Assembly (NCBI GenBank): GCA_001275005.1
Contig: JWZX01003398.1
Coordinates: forward strand, 62,001-107,333
Length of the DNA: 45,333 nt
DNA from: Chrysochromulina tobinii
Taxonomy: Eukaryota
Reading direction: 5' to 3'
Shown: in pieces, positions 21,401 through 34,713 of the stretch
Layout of the letters: every line of letters starts with the position of its first letter
How positions within the stretch are numbered: position 1 is the first letter of the stretch
Position numbers and translations under genes: made by a program
Notes under the pieces: model-generated
The model's input: the letters and a program-made list of their open reading frames with translations, nothing else
What the model was told of the DNA's origin: nothing
Databases searched by the model: none

Positions 21401-24400
21401 GACGCAGCAAGGGCAGCAGCCACAACGCCATCAGCTTCTGCATCGACAGCTTCTGCACATTGTACTGTTTGACGACCTCACGCACCTCCGGCTCATCCCG
21501 GGACTCGATGTAGAAATCCTCACGCAGCAAGATCATGTGCGGGGTCTGCTGCAGCGCAGTCGTTTCGAAGCCAAGGCGGAGGGTGGCGGCGATCGCTTCC
21601 ATCAGAGGAAAGAGCTTATTCTCGCACTCGTCGTCGCCAAGGGAGCCGGTCAGTCGCTTCGGCATGTCTGCACGCGTGGCATATTTGGTACGACTCGCGA
21701 CGTCTTTGGCAAAGAGCAGCGCGTCGAAGAGCACGGCGGGCACCTGCCACCGCTGCCCGCCGTCGGTGAAGTCGAGGCGCTCCTTCTTTCCGATGGGGAA
21801 GTTGAGCTCGGACTTAAGCGGATGCAGTACGAGATCCACCTCGTCCATGATGCAACAGCCTGCACGCATCAGCTTGAGCAGACTCGCCCACACCTCGACC
21901 GAGGGGCGCAGCTCGGGGTTCCTGTATCGCGCATTCGAAGAGTCGGTGGCGATCGTGAGCGACTCGATAAAGTTGAGATGTAGCGACTTGATCGCCTGCG
22001 GCGTCGTGACGACCACGGCGGACCTCTCCTTGGCGGAGACCATCTTCGCTTCGAGTGCCGAGGTGCCCGCTGTCGAACGCTCACACGCAAACGTGTACAC
22101 GCGCTTCTGTATCGCCGAGGAGAAGGTGGTGCGCAAGATGTTGAACGACATGGGCAGCAGCGCAGCGGGCATGCATTGGACCACCAGGTATTCTCCCTGC
22201 GCGAGCATCAGCGAGATGAGAGGAGACACGACCGAGGTCTTGCCGGCTCCCATGATCATCTGCTTGACGATCGAGCGCTGACGCTCGTCGGGAGCGCTGG
22301 CGGCACGCACGCAATCGAGAACGAGGTCCACCTGTCGCGCTCGAAGCTGCAAGCTCCAGATAAATTCGAACGCCAGGAAGCGCGGGTCGATGGTGCGTCC
22401 CGAAGCGGACCTCGTAGCCACCGTTTGCTCCTTATACTCCTTGGCGCGGGCCTCGTCCCATTTCTCTTTGCGGACCTCTTTGCGGACCTCGATGTCGAGC
22501 TCCGTGTACTCGCGCCCAGTGCGAAGCATGGTGACGAGGCGGTCGGCCTTCAGTTGCAGCTCGACCGCCGTGGCCTTGCTTACGGGCGTCGAGCGCTTCG
22601 CCAGCTGATCCCGCACCTTAACGATGAGCGTCACCACATCGGCTGCCGCGTCGAGAGCTCGGTTGGCGTGCACGACGCGATTCGCACGGAGCAGCATCGT
22701 CGCGAGAAGGTTCTCGATCTCTCTCATCGTCGCTTCTGAAAGGAACGGGTTGAGCTTCTGGAGGTCGTCGAAGTGCAGGCGCGAGAGGAGGCAGCCTACG
22801 AGGTACTGGAGCCATAGCAGCGACTCGTGACGCGAGTGGCGGAGCAGCAGAAAGCGGTAGGCGTCGGCGGGCGCGTAGCTGGTGCCCGTGGCCTTCGTAT
22901 CGACGCTGTTGGCCGTCTGTAGCAGCACCGTCTGAGCGCGGGCCACGTATTGACGATCCTCGGCGGCCAGCTGGCTCAGCTTCGCCTGGATGAGCTGCAC
23001 AGCTACGAGGATCCTTGACAGCTCGGCGTCGGCCGTTGACAGCCGCTTGTGCACACGATCGAGGCTCCCATTCAGACCGGCTAAGGTGCTTGTCCTGCTG
23101 TCGCGGCCGACGAACCTCGCAAAGTCCTCACCGATGCGCTGGATGTAGTCAATCGAGTTGCGCGAGCGGGCCTCTGGATGGAGCTTGATGTCGAAGTTGC
23201 CATCAAACGGGTTGTTTTGCGTCTCGTCCACACGCGGTGCTCGTGACGGCTCAAGCGCGCCTCCTGCCGTGGGCTCGACTAGTAGTGGTGTGCAGAGCAG
23301 CTGTCGCAGCGTGTCCGCGGCTGCGGCGTCGTTTGTCACTCCTTCGAGCTCCACACTGTGAGAGATGATGAGACTGTCTCGTGCGTAGTCCGTCTGCTCG
23401 GTGCACGGTTTGTGCGCGTGCCGGGTGATCCCGCCGCCCAGATTCGGCTCGACAGCGCCCTTGAGGGCCCCAGTCCACAGCATGGTGAGTTGTGTTTCGC
23501 CGTCATCCGCCTTGCAGACGATGCGATGGAGCTTGAGGGTCGTCTCCTCGGCAGGTTCGGGCAGCGTGCCGTCGGGCATTTTGTCACCCGTGGCCAACGG
23601 TCGGTATGGCTCTGGGAAGAGCGGCGGGTGCAGCAGCAAGTTCAGGCCTCTCGTGATCATCACCGGCGGCCGAAAGCCCCGCGGCGGCAGTGATTCGGCA
23701 AGAAGGAAGCCCAGCTTTGCGCCATTCGATTTGAAGTTGGCGAGCTTGACGAGGGTCTCTTGTGCCTTGTAGAGCAAGCGCGACAGCGGGTCTTCGTGCG
23801 AAAAGGCGGGGTTTGACGTATCCCAGCCAGAGTACTTGATGGTCCACGATCGGTATGAGCGCGTGTCGGCCCACTTGGGCATGGTGCTGCACACCCACGG
23901 GTTGCGCGCGAGCGTGTTCAGCACGGACGAGAGGATCGACTTCTCGCCAGCGTCTTTGAACAGGATGAGGAGAAGCGTCGCAAATGTGTGGTTGCACCGG
24001 GCGGCCGCTTCCTTGTTGCCACTGAAATTCACCTCCGAAGTGCCCGTGAGCAACTCATACACGTACAAGAAGGAAATGGTTAAATAATCGTCGCCCGTCA
24101 GACCCGTTTCACGCTCCATCACTTGGTGCGCGAGCGCGATCGCCAACTCTTTGCCAACCATGGCGGATCGCCAGGGATGGTGGCGAATCTGCCCGCCGGA
24201 GCCACTCTGCTTTGTATAGTCTCCGTTTGGCGCGCCGTCAAGCCGCCACGTAATCCAATGCGCGAAGCCGTCCTTTGGCGGCTTAACCGAGCGGACTGTG
24301 CACGTCGCCTCATGTACGCCAGCGGCCCAGGTGCTTTTATCGGTCGCACGCTGTGCCTTCTCCTCGTCACGCACGCGCTCCAGGAGCTGCTCTCGGTTCC

Positions 24401-27400
24401 ACAGCACGTCTTCGAGCACCTCCGGCAATTCGGCCCTTCCCTGGCGGCGTTCGAGGTCGAGGAAGTAGTGCAGAATGTCCTCGTCGGTCGCGCGCAGGTT
24501 GGTGTGCGCGAACGCGACGCGCACGTCCTTCAAGTAGTCCATCATCTCCTTGCGATCGTCGAACTCGTGCGTGCCCGACAGTTGGTCGGTGATGATCCGC
24601 TGGACACGATTCTTCTTCTCCTTGTCGTCAAGAAGCTCCTTGGTCTTGTCAGAGACGAGCTTCAGCTTCTTGAGCTCCTCTTGGCACAAGAGCAGTGCGG
24701 TGCGCTCCTCCTTATCGGCAAGACGGCAGCGCGCCTGCACGTGCGACAGCTTGGTGATGTATGCGGCCTGCTCTTTCCGCATGTCCCACGGTAGCCGGAT
24801 CTGAGCGTCCGCCTCGGCGAGCATGATCTTGATGCGCACCGCGTGCAGGTCCGGATGGCCATCCTTCAAGACTCCGAGGAGGTTGAAGATCTGCTCCTCC
24901 TCCTTGGTCATCGCGCCGTCGGTCGAGATCGAGCCGATCAGCGTGGACGCCCCGGCGTAGTCGCGTGCTTGGATCCGTAGGACGAGCAGGTACAAGGCCG
25001 ACGCGAGGCTCGGAGGCTGCAGGAAGGCATTCGACACGTGGATGGGGTACGAAAAGTACTTGGTCTGAGCAGTCGCGTGCCACTTGGCGCCTTCTTCCCC
25101 TTCACGGACGAGCACGAGGTCGGTGCTGAATGGTTGGTCCTGGACGACCGGGCGCACCATCATCACATTCGGCACGACAATCGTGTACTCCTCGTTGGCG
25201 GAGCAGAGCAGCAGCGCGTGCGGGATGCTTGCCGCGAGCGCACGCGCCGGCCCGGCCACCTGCCTGTCGAGGCCGCTGCCACCTCGCTCGACGCCACTGG
25301 ACGAGAGGTCGGGCACGAACTGCCGATCGTGATCGGTCGAGTAGAGTCGATATTCGCCGCTCGGCAGCTCACGCTCCACTCTGAGAGTAAGCTTGAGACG
25401 CGGCAGCTCGATGATCTCCGGCACGAGCTCAAACGGCGCGTCGATGCCGGACGCCCACGTGAACTCATCCGCTACGACGGCCGGCGCACCTTCAGCGCGC
25501 CACATCCGCCCCCAGCAGAGAATGTGCGAGAGGGCCTCCACGCGAGAGAGGGTGCGCGCGAGAGAAAGCAGTTGACTCCCTTCGACGGCGTGGCACAGCG
25601 ACATCAGCACATGGTGCTCTTGCCTCTTCCGTTCAGGGTACTTGCGCTCGATGCGTCCAAAGGTACGCGAGCCTGCAAAGGTGGCGCAAACGGCGTGCTC
25701 GTGAGGGAGCGTGAACAGCGTCACCTTGAGAGTGTGCCGGTACGCCTCTCGTTTCTGCGGCATCAATCGAAAGTCGCGGTTCTTTTGCTGCTGTTCTCGC
25801 AGTACCGCCTTGTCGAGATTCTGCTCTTTGATGGCCTCAGGCTTCGGGTAGCCGCGCAAAAGCCGCGGTTCGTTGACGTCCTGATACATATCATGAGCGT
25901 CGAGCAGCACCGTGGGCAGAAGACCGTACAGCAGCCGCGAAGGCAGCAGCTGCTCCTGGTGCTCATCCTCCTGCTTCTTCCGTCGAAACCGCACGCGCTG
26001 CTCGTACGTGTCCGCTTCCTTTTCCGCTCTCTCCAGAAAAAACTCCGCCCGAGCGAGCGCACTTAGAAGATGAGCAGATTTTCTAAGAGACGACGTAAGC
26101 TCCTTTGCATACCTCGCCAACTTCTTCGCCACATCAGAAGTGCTCGAAAGCGGCGTAAGGACCCACCGCTCACGCCGATGGCCGTGGTGGCGCGTCAGGT
26201 GCAGCGAGACACCATCGGAGCTGTCGATTGCCATGCCAACGGCGTCGCCGCGCTTAACCGGCTTCTGGCTGCGAGTACGAGCGTTGAGAGTCTTCATGCT
26301 ACCGACGGCTGCGTACTTGCGCTGTCGCGACATTTTATCCTCGTCATCCACGACCTCTTCGAAGGCGAACTCATCATCGTCATCAACATTAGATGGTGCG
26401 GCGGTCTCCACCCGCCCAAGAAACGGCAGGCCTTTCTTTGGCGACTGGCCTGGTCGCTGCACGTACATTGTGTATCGCTCACTCGGAGGCTCTAGGTGGA
26501 GCTCCTCCCACCACTCTCGGCGCTTCCCGTCAGAGCTACCGTCACGAGAGCTATGCTCCTCCTTGTGCAGCGGCTTAGTCAGCACGTCATCCTTGCCTGA
26601 CACAGGCTGGAACGTGACGTCGAGCTGCTCCTCACCACTCTTTGACCGTTCTGCATGACATAGCACAAGAGGCGTACCAGTCTGCACTGACACGAGAAGC
26701 AGGTCGCCGCCTTCATACGGCAGCCGCTCGGGAGTCACGCCGGCCGCCGCCACGACCACGTGGTTGGTCAGGTTGTGGGGTTTCGAAGGTGTGAGAGTCG
26801 AAACGTCACCAGCAAGCACCGTGCAGCGCCTCTTGGCATCGGCCGCAGCGCCGGGCGACACGGCACGTGCGATTGCAATCGCTGGCACGTCCTCCGATGG
26901 TGGTGGGTACGCCCATGGCGCCTCGCCAAAGTTGATCCCAAATTTGGTGTTCTTGGGTACAATGAGTGCGGCATGCACACCTTGCTGCATCGCCGCCGCA
27001 CGCACTTGATCCTTCGGCCAGACCGTCACCCAAGCGCCGTTCTTCGCAAAGTATAGAGCGCCCGTGTCGACATCGGCCGCGATGCTAAGCACGTCACCGT
27101 CAGCCCATTTAGACCATTCAGCCTGATCCTCGCGCAGTGGTACCCCTTGGAAAGGCTCCTTTCGTATGCTCGCCGCATTGAGCACGAGGAGCCAGTCGGG
27201 AGATGGCCGACACACAATGCCAGTTATCTCATACTCCTCGTGTCGCACATTGCGTTTCTGTGCGCTGTCCCACGTGTCGCCAATTGCGCCAGCATCGATG
27301 GAAACTAGTCTACCCTCGTGGGCGCGGCCGTCCATAAACACTGGCGTCGCTGTCGGACCTGGGATCTTGAACGCTGCCATCTTCGTGTGTCCATCCTCGT

Positions 27401-30400
27401 GCACCGCAAATATATACGTTTCTGGCTCACGAGGATGAAGGAGACCAGAAACATTCGGAATGGTCTTGCCGCTCATGAAAATGCCGCTCATGGTACCAGT
27501 CACCATCATGCCGCTCGCCGGCGCGGGCGCGGGCGTGCCTTTGTTGACGTGGCCCATTGACCTCTCCAACCCACTCTCGTTTCCGCTCTCATCGTCCCTT
27601 TTTTGTTCCTTGGTCCCAACGCTCTTCTCATCCGACGTTGGCGCTTTAGCATGCGCGGCTGTCGACGGCTCCTTGTCGCCCCACTGGCACGCGTCAAGCT
27701 TCTGGAGATCGCCTCCGCACAGCAAAAAGGCGAGCTTCATCACGTGTGTGCTCGCATCAATCACCGGCATGTCGCCCGCCGCACTGCACTTGATGGTCAC
27801 ATTCTCATCCGATGCTCGCGTTGTGAGATCGTCCACGTGTAATTGCCGCAGCTCGTTCAAGCGGCCGACGAACCAATCAAAGTCGCCTTCGCAGCCGTGC
27901 GGTCGTGGTTCACTCAGTGCCGCGTACATCTGCTCCAAGTGCGCACGGTCCATAGGCGCATCGGCTGTCAACGCGCCGCCCGCCGCCGTCTCTTCCTTCG
28001 CCGTCCCATCACGCCCAAATGTGCTCGTCACCCAGCCGGCACAAAAGTCGCCGGCTTCATCGGCAACCGACACGCTGCAGATGACGACTTCGAACATGAC
28101 GCATCCGTGTGTCACAAGTTCTTTGAGCCCGACGGTTAGCGGCCCTTGTGCCTCCCAGCTCTCAATGCCGTCATCGTATTCGGCGACGCTAGTAATTTGA
28201 TAGAGCGTCGGCGCGACCGTGTCCGCGCCTGCCGCTGCGCCCAAAGCTGCCACTTGTTTGCCGCTTGTTTGCCGCTGCTGTGTTGCGCCCAGAGCTGCCA
28301 CGCGCTCCAAGAGCTCGAGCGTACCTTTGAGAGTTGCCTGGCGCGAACGGAGCATCGCAATCACGTCGGCTGGCGGCGGATCCCGCAGAGAAGCCTGCGA
28401 GCCTGCATCGTCGGCGTCCTGGGCCTCCTCCTGGTCCTCCTCCTCGGTGGGGCGCGGGCGACTCCAGCTGCCCTCGATGGGTGCCCACTCATTCGCGCCC
28501 TCGTCCTGAGTCCACGTAGGCAGAGCTTCGGGTGGCGTCGCGCGCGTCGCCGCCACGTGGCCGCTCGCGCCGAGGGTGCCGTCGGGTGTCGCGTCAGGAC
28601 GCGCGTGGTCGAAAGCACGCTCAGCGGCGGTCGCGCCATGATCGACTTCAGCGGTAGTTTTGCGGTCGCGACAGCGTAAGATCACGAGCGAGGGATCGGA
28701 CGGTGGCGGAGAGTATTCTTCGAGCGAGCCCTTGAACTCCGCGTCCATCGCTTCATGCCGCGCCCAGAGGGGCCACGCTGTCTTCCGGTCGTCAGGAGAC
28801 GGCAGTAGGCCATGCATGGTGCACGTGGCATTCGATGTGTACTCGAGCGAGCGAAAGTACCTCCGGCCGTGCGAGCGCAGCATGTACACGTGCACCATCC
28901 TCTGCGCCTTGAAGATGATCGCCTCCTTCCACGGCTTCTTATGATCCGGATGGATGCCAATAAGGATCGCCGTTTGTGCGCCCTCGGGAAGGGACTCATC
29001 CTTCGTAGGGAAGTACCACTCGAGGGGGCCCTTTGGCAGTTTGACAAAGTGGGCATCGCGGCACGGCTCGAAGACTGAACCCACCCATTTCTCAGGCTCG
29101 AGAAGCTCGTCAGGCTTATACAATCGGCCGGGTGCCATGGGGGGAAGGTCCGGGTCACCATCCCATGCTTGCACCACCAACGGGTGCGAAATGAGACGGC
29201 GGTTGCGCATGTGCTCGTTGTTGGCGAGCACGGCGCACTGCATGGGCATGCCATCCTTCCCGAAGAGGTCCTTAATGTCGTTGTCGGCCGCTATGTCTTC
29301 TTCGAGCGCCTGTAAGTGCTCGCCACGGGTGCAAACCTGCAGCAGCTGCAGATTGACCTCGACGGGGAGATCGCGCTCCGTGATGAAGCCTATCTCCTCT
29401 TGCACTAGCGGCTCAATCACTTTCCCCGCGGTGTCCTTCTTCAGCCGTGTGATCTTGGCGGAAAAGCGGCCGCGGTTGGCCGGCTCCTGGTAGGCAGACC
29501 ATTCCGTCGCGTATCCTTCAGTGCCGGTACCAGCGACAAATACTTTATGCAAGAGCCGCTGAATTGCGCCGTTCCACTTGCACCGCTCGCTCTGAAGCGT
29601 CAGGCCTTCCGCGTGCTTGATCTGCGCGTTCAGCCATTCCACGATTTCGCGCCGCCGCAGGTGCATGATCTCCCAAATTTGGTTCTCGGGCACGAGAAGC
29701 CCCACGTCATTCCACGTGTGCCGCCGTTCGACAAACATGAAGGAGGTGAGCAGCTGCGTGATATCTGCCCACGCAGTGGGCCCTGTGAGCGGCACGTTGC
29801 GCATCGTGAGGATGATGTACGCGTGCACTGAACACTGGTCGCGCGTGATCTGGTCGACGGATTCGGGTTTGGCTCGCATAGCTTTCTGAGCCTCGTCCTC
29901 GAGCTCTCGCATCCATCGCAGAAGCACTTTACGCACCTCACCTTGCAGGAGCGCCTGTGACGCAATGAGGTGGCTTTCGAGCTGCTTGCGCACTTCTTGG
30001 CTCACCTCGAGGCCACGGATAAAGTCAAGGGAGAGCGACGGGTGAGTGCCCTTCGCGAGCTGCAGCAGAAAACGAATCGCTGACTCGACGTGCACGAAGA
30101 GCCCGATGACGCACAGGATGAGCGACGTCGTCTTGCAACGGAACGGCTGCGTACCGAGCTGGATGACCTGCGAGAGGAGATCCCGCATGGCTACTGGCAC
30201 GAGGTGCGGCGAGCGCGCACACTCGTTGAGCAGCGCGCCGTACGGAGTGCCGAGCATCTCTCTCTCGCCGTCGAGAGCTGGCACATGGCTCGGCGCCTTA
30301 CCCCGGAGTGACGATGGCTCGCACTTGGAGGGCTCGAGGAGCACGCCGGTGAGCAGCCGGCGCACGTCCTCCGAGGCGAGGGCATGCAGCCGGTTCTTCG

Positions 30401-33400
30401 ACGCGAAGAACTGTACGATGAGCGGCATGCGCAGGTACGGTACCGTGAGGAACGAGATCAGGAGCTCCGCATCCGCCTGGCCGAGGGTTCCGTCAAAGGT
30501 CGGCAGCTCGGGAATGTGCAGCACATCGGCCTCACTCTCGACATGTCGGTCCAAGTGGAGGCGCGCATCATTCGGCGACGCGTCCGTGCCCCATCGAAGC
30601 CCCGAGATTGTCGGCTCCGGAGCAAAGTTGCCCTCTTTGTTGCGGCTGGGGCGGCGGCTGAGCAGCGATTGCCGTCGGCCAAACGCGGTCACCTTGTAGC
30701 ACTTGTCGTTCGTCTGGCGGCCGTAGACCTCATCCTGCCCCTTGAGCTCCCACGCGAGTTGGGCCGATGCGGCTTTGTAGTCCTTCTGCGGCGGGAAGAT
30801 CTTGGCGTCCGAGCACTGCACGTACTTCCACCAAAAGACAACTGCGCCGAGATGCACCGCAGCACAAGGCAATCAGTCGCAACGCAGGTGGGCGAGGCTG
30901 GGGGAGGGCGCGGCACGCACCATCACGCAGCACACGGTACTCTTCAAAGTTGTGCACGATGAAGCTATCCTCACCGCTGATCAGCTTGCTCTGCGTCGTC
31001 TGGTTCGTGCCACGGTATTCGCACGCCGCCACGGTGGCCGAGAAGGCCATGTCGGGTCTGCGCGGCTCCATGCGCCAGCCGTCGGCTTCCCAGTCAAAGA
31101 GGAGACGCTGCGGGTTTGACGGCTGCGCTTGCAGGTAGTTATATACGTCAGCGCGTGTCACATTCAGTTCGGGAGTGACGATCAAGAACGTCTCGCTCTG
31201 CTTGAGAAAGGTAGACGCCGAGATGGTGTACGGCACGTACTCCCCTGCACACCCACCATCCTCCGCGAGCTGACGACTGCGCCGGTCGATCTCGTCGTCC
31301 TCGAGTTGGCGGAGCTCCGGCTCCACCGCCTCGCCCGCGAGTGTGATCGTCACGAGCGAGACGCGGTCGCACGCTCGTAGCCGGACGAGATAGTCACACG
31401 CCACGACCATGCAGCCAAGGATCACGATCTTGACGCCATCGAGCGCCTTGGTCGCCTTGAGCGAGAACGCGGCGGCCACAAAGTGCTCGGAGAGGCGCTG
31501 GAGGAGCAAGAGCAGCTCGAGCTGCTGGCCATACTTGAGATTGGGGCCAAAGTCCCACGGATGTGGCCGTGTCATGGGTGCAACGCCGGCGGCCATCGGC
31601 ACGGGCACGATATATGTGAAGACGTGCTGTAGCAGGTTGAGCTTGACAAAGGCGGCGTGGCGAACGGCACCAGCTGCATCGAGCGAGGAGATCTGAAGGC
31701 AGAGCTCCTCGGTAAAGTTAAGGGCTCGCACGAGCTCCTCGCTCGACGTCGCACGCTCGCGCAAGCCGAGCATATCGACGCCGAGCCCCTTTGGCACTGG
31801 CACTGGCGCGCCCTCCTTGCCGCACACATCCTTGAACACGACGCGGTCAAAGTACGGAAAGAGTGTGGCCGAGACCTTGCCAGCCTCCATATTGTTCAGC
31901 GAGAGCGGCACAAAGGCCTCTGGGGAAGAGAGCTGCGGCTTTTCATCCATGGCCTTGGTGATTTCTTCAATGAGGGTGTGGACGGCGCAAAGCTCCTGGG
32001 GATCAAGCGTGCCTCCATCCGCCCCCTTCACTGCCGCGAGCGCCACTTGCTGCGTCGCCAGCTCAATCAGCGCCCGGTCCTGCGGCCCGACGGCGCGCAC
32101 GACCTTCAGATCGGACTTCACCATGGAGAGGAAGGTCGAGCGCAGCGCAAATGTGACGAATTTGACCTGCTGCTTCGAGAGCGCGCCCTCCGCCTTGTAA
32201 TCCGCCTTGGCACGGCCGCCGACAAGGCCGCGGCGTAGCATGTACCGGACCACTTCGAGCAGTGAGCGGTAGTGCGACGTGGCTGAGTACATGGGTGTGC
32301 GCCACTCGCCCCCCTCCTCGCGTGCATACGTAGCCGCGATCGCCGCGTCGGTCGGCTGCTCGAGCAGCCACGGCAAAAGCACATCGTAGATCATCGCGCC
32401 GCCGGATTTGTTACATCTGTTGTGGAACTTACCTGTGAGGCCGTAGAGCATTGTCCAGAAGGCTTCGTCGAGAAGTCGCTCGGCACGCACACCGCACACC
32501 GAGACCGAGCCGCGGTGCTTCACCTTCGGAGGCACAACCTTCGAGCCGTGGTACTCGGTCGCCTCGCCGCCGGCATTGCAGATTGTCAGCCGGAAGGAGC
32601 GAGAGGGGCTCTCGGTCGACGGCCGGTCCTCGGGCTCAAGGACCATCACTATAAAGTACCAATCGGTCTTCTCTTCCTCTTTGGTCTTCCAGCCGCAAGG
32701 AATCAGCAGTCTCTCGCCCTCATCGTGCACAAAGCCCTTCAGGGCGCGCATGGTCTTTGCGACGGTGTGCTCGACTTCAGCATAGCCGTCGTTGGTCCAC
32801 CATTCTCGTGCCTGCTTCACGAAGGCGCCCACGTGCGTCGCATACTGCTGCCAGAGCGGCAGCGCCTTGGTCAGCGTGTTGATGGCGCCCTTCAGGGTCT
32901 CGAGCTGTTGGGCGTCGAGCACGCGGTCAAGCTCATGCAGCGACTTTCTGCAAAGGAGCGAGAGAGCGTGCGTGAGCGTGCCGAGCGACTCATCACATTT
33001 GAGTGAGGAGTCGAGCCCCGTGCGTGCAAGGAAGGGATCGCAGAACTCAGCGATGAAAGGCTGCGAGTGCCAGAGCGGCGACGCCTTAGTGCCTTGGCTT
33101 TTGGCCACCGCGTGCAGCTGCAGGTCTCGTCGTTCACGATTGGTGAGCTGCAGCTTGGCGACCGCGGCGTTGGCGTCAAAGGCCCAGCCGCGATGGGCAT
33201 GTGCTTTCACGCCCGCAGCATCGAGTGCGACCGGTAGGAGGGAGACGTAAGCAAGCCGAAGCTCGGGCACATCGCCGCCTCCGCCATGCTTGCCGCCGCC
33301 GAAGAGTTTGAGGGCATACGGGCATCCCTCGCATCCCCGGACCCACATGGAAGACACGTCGGCGCGCCGCGAGATACGCAGCTCGCCGTCGACGTACATG

Positions 33401-34713
33401 GCGCACTCAAGACAAGCCCTTCGCTGGTCGTCAGCGTCAGCGGCCGTGCCCGCGACAGGTGGCGAAAAGACGATCACCACACGATGCCAGCGCATCCAGT
33501 GCAGCTCTGATACGATTCTGGCGCCTTTGGTGGCGCCTTCGGCGGCAGCTCGGATGGCACATCCAGTCTGGACCGCGGCAAGCGGTTCATCTCCCTCACC
33601 GCAGAGAAGTGCGAACGGTGAACTAGTGCCATCCTCCCTCTGCTGCTGAAGCTGCACATCGAGGGTGAGTGTGAAGCGCGCGAGCGGATACGATCCCGCC
33701 CCCGCTGCCTGTGACACCTGGAGAAGCACCGCTGCGTCGCGTGTGAGCTCCAGGGCTGTCTCACCGACGATGCGTGGCTTCGCCCATCGCCACTCCTCGG
33801 CGCGCAGGTCCTTGTGCACCACGAAGGACACCTGACGGCCGTCGGGCGTCGTGCCGAGCCGAAAGTCGTGCTGCCAAAGCGGCTTGATCTCGTTGGTATC
33901 CTCACTCGCCCGCACCTCCTCCTCCTCCTCATCTTCTTCTGCATTCGCAGCCGCCACCGCGTGCCCTTCAGCAGCGGTGGGGAGGTCCTTGGCCCCTTTT
34001 GGAAGATTTTCGGGCGGAGGCTCCTCACCCACCCTTGCGAGATTGTGAGCGAGATCGAGAGCCCTCTCGAGCTGAAGCTCTTCAGCGACGCTGCCGGCTG
34101 GCGCCGCTACCTCCGCTGCTGCCTCGGTCTCCGCTGCCGGCTCGTAGATACAGTCCGCATTCTCGTCTGGCGCTTGTTCCTCTAGCGCAGCCTCTTTAAT
34201 CGCCGCCACATCTTCGACCGCCGCCTCCTGCATTGCATTGAATGGAGCTGCTTGGACCATCTCTGATGAAGCTCCTTCTTCCGCGGCGGCCGCTTCTTCG
34301 AACACTGTCACGAGCTCACTCTCGAGCGCCGGGGGCTCGTCATAGGGCGATGGCGGCTGCTCCAGACCATCATCGAAGGAGGCTGCGTCGACCAAGTCGG
34401 GCACCGACACCTCGGGGGATGCTGCCGCTGGAGCTTCTGCGACCGAAGACATCAGAGCGCGGTGGTGCAGAGCTTTGGCTTTCGGCTGGTCCATGCGGCC
34501 CGACTTGTCCACTGTCTTGTCCCGGTGCGACACGGCCCCGCTTTGCTTGCGATCGCTTTGTAGACCCGAGGACGAATCACCTCTGTGCGACGACTTGGGT
34601 TTGCCTCCCCTGTGCGACAAGTGGGGTCTGCCGGTGTTCTTCTCGGTCGATTTTCCGTCAGACGAACTGAGCTTTGGCAGCGCGGGCGGCTTCTCGCTCG
34701 GCTTCTTGCTCAT
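11783..34713 (-). CDS. Giant (~7,600 aa) DUF3638/DUF3645 SF2-helicase-like protein with LamG, SPRY, glutaredoxin, EF-hand, zinc ribbon, thioredoxin, ankyrin, ADP-ribosyltransferase and C-terminal HET-like domains
   Basis: First ATG at 34713. Exon 34713-30921 joins 30841 onward in frame through a canonical intron. The HET frame (11783-12454) needs a 1-nt frameshift near 12455-12458 or a 40-nt intron. Helicase motifs: MIMGAGKT (~22240), IMDEVD (~21840), AIPFISKDVP..SEF..PDV (DUF3645, ~21030-21125), GFSGTP (~20510), TTGMDI (~20070), QGAYRMRG (~19980). Confidence 0.85.
12800..13310 (-). other. Mono-ADP-ribosyltransferase domain (R-S-E/ARTC class) within the giant gene
   Basis: ALHLYT..IY..TN.AMR, IVFRGI (catalytic R, ~13140), FSSMTT (STS motif, ~12975), FSYYPFEEELVY (ExE, ~12845). 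Confidence 0.9.
30842..30920 (-). other. 79-nt spliceosomal intron, phase 1
   Basis: The minus strand reads GATG|GTGCGT...gACTGATt...GCGCAG|TTGTC. Splicing joins ORF 30730-34737 to ORF 12330-30872 in frame, giving YRVLRD-V-VFWWKY. Confidence 0.9.

Noticed and set aside
30730..30920. Treating 30730-34737 and 12330-30872 as two genes or as a frameshift
   Set aside because: A canonical 79-nt intron with donor, branch-like site and acceptor joins them in frame.
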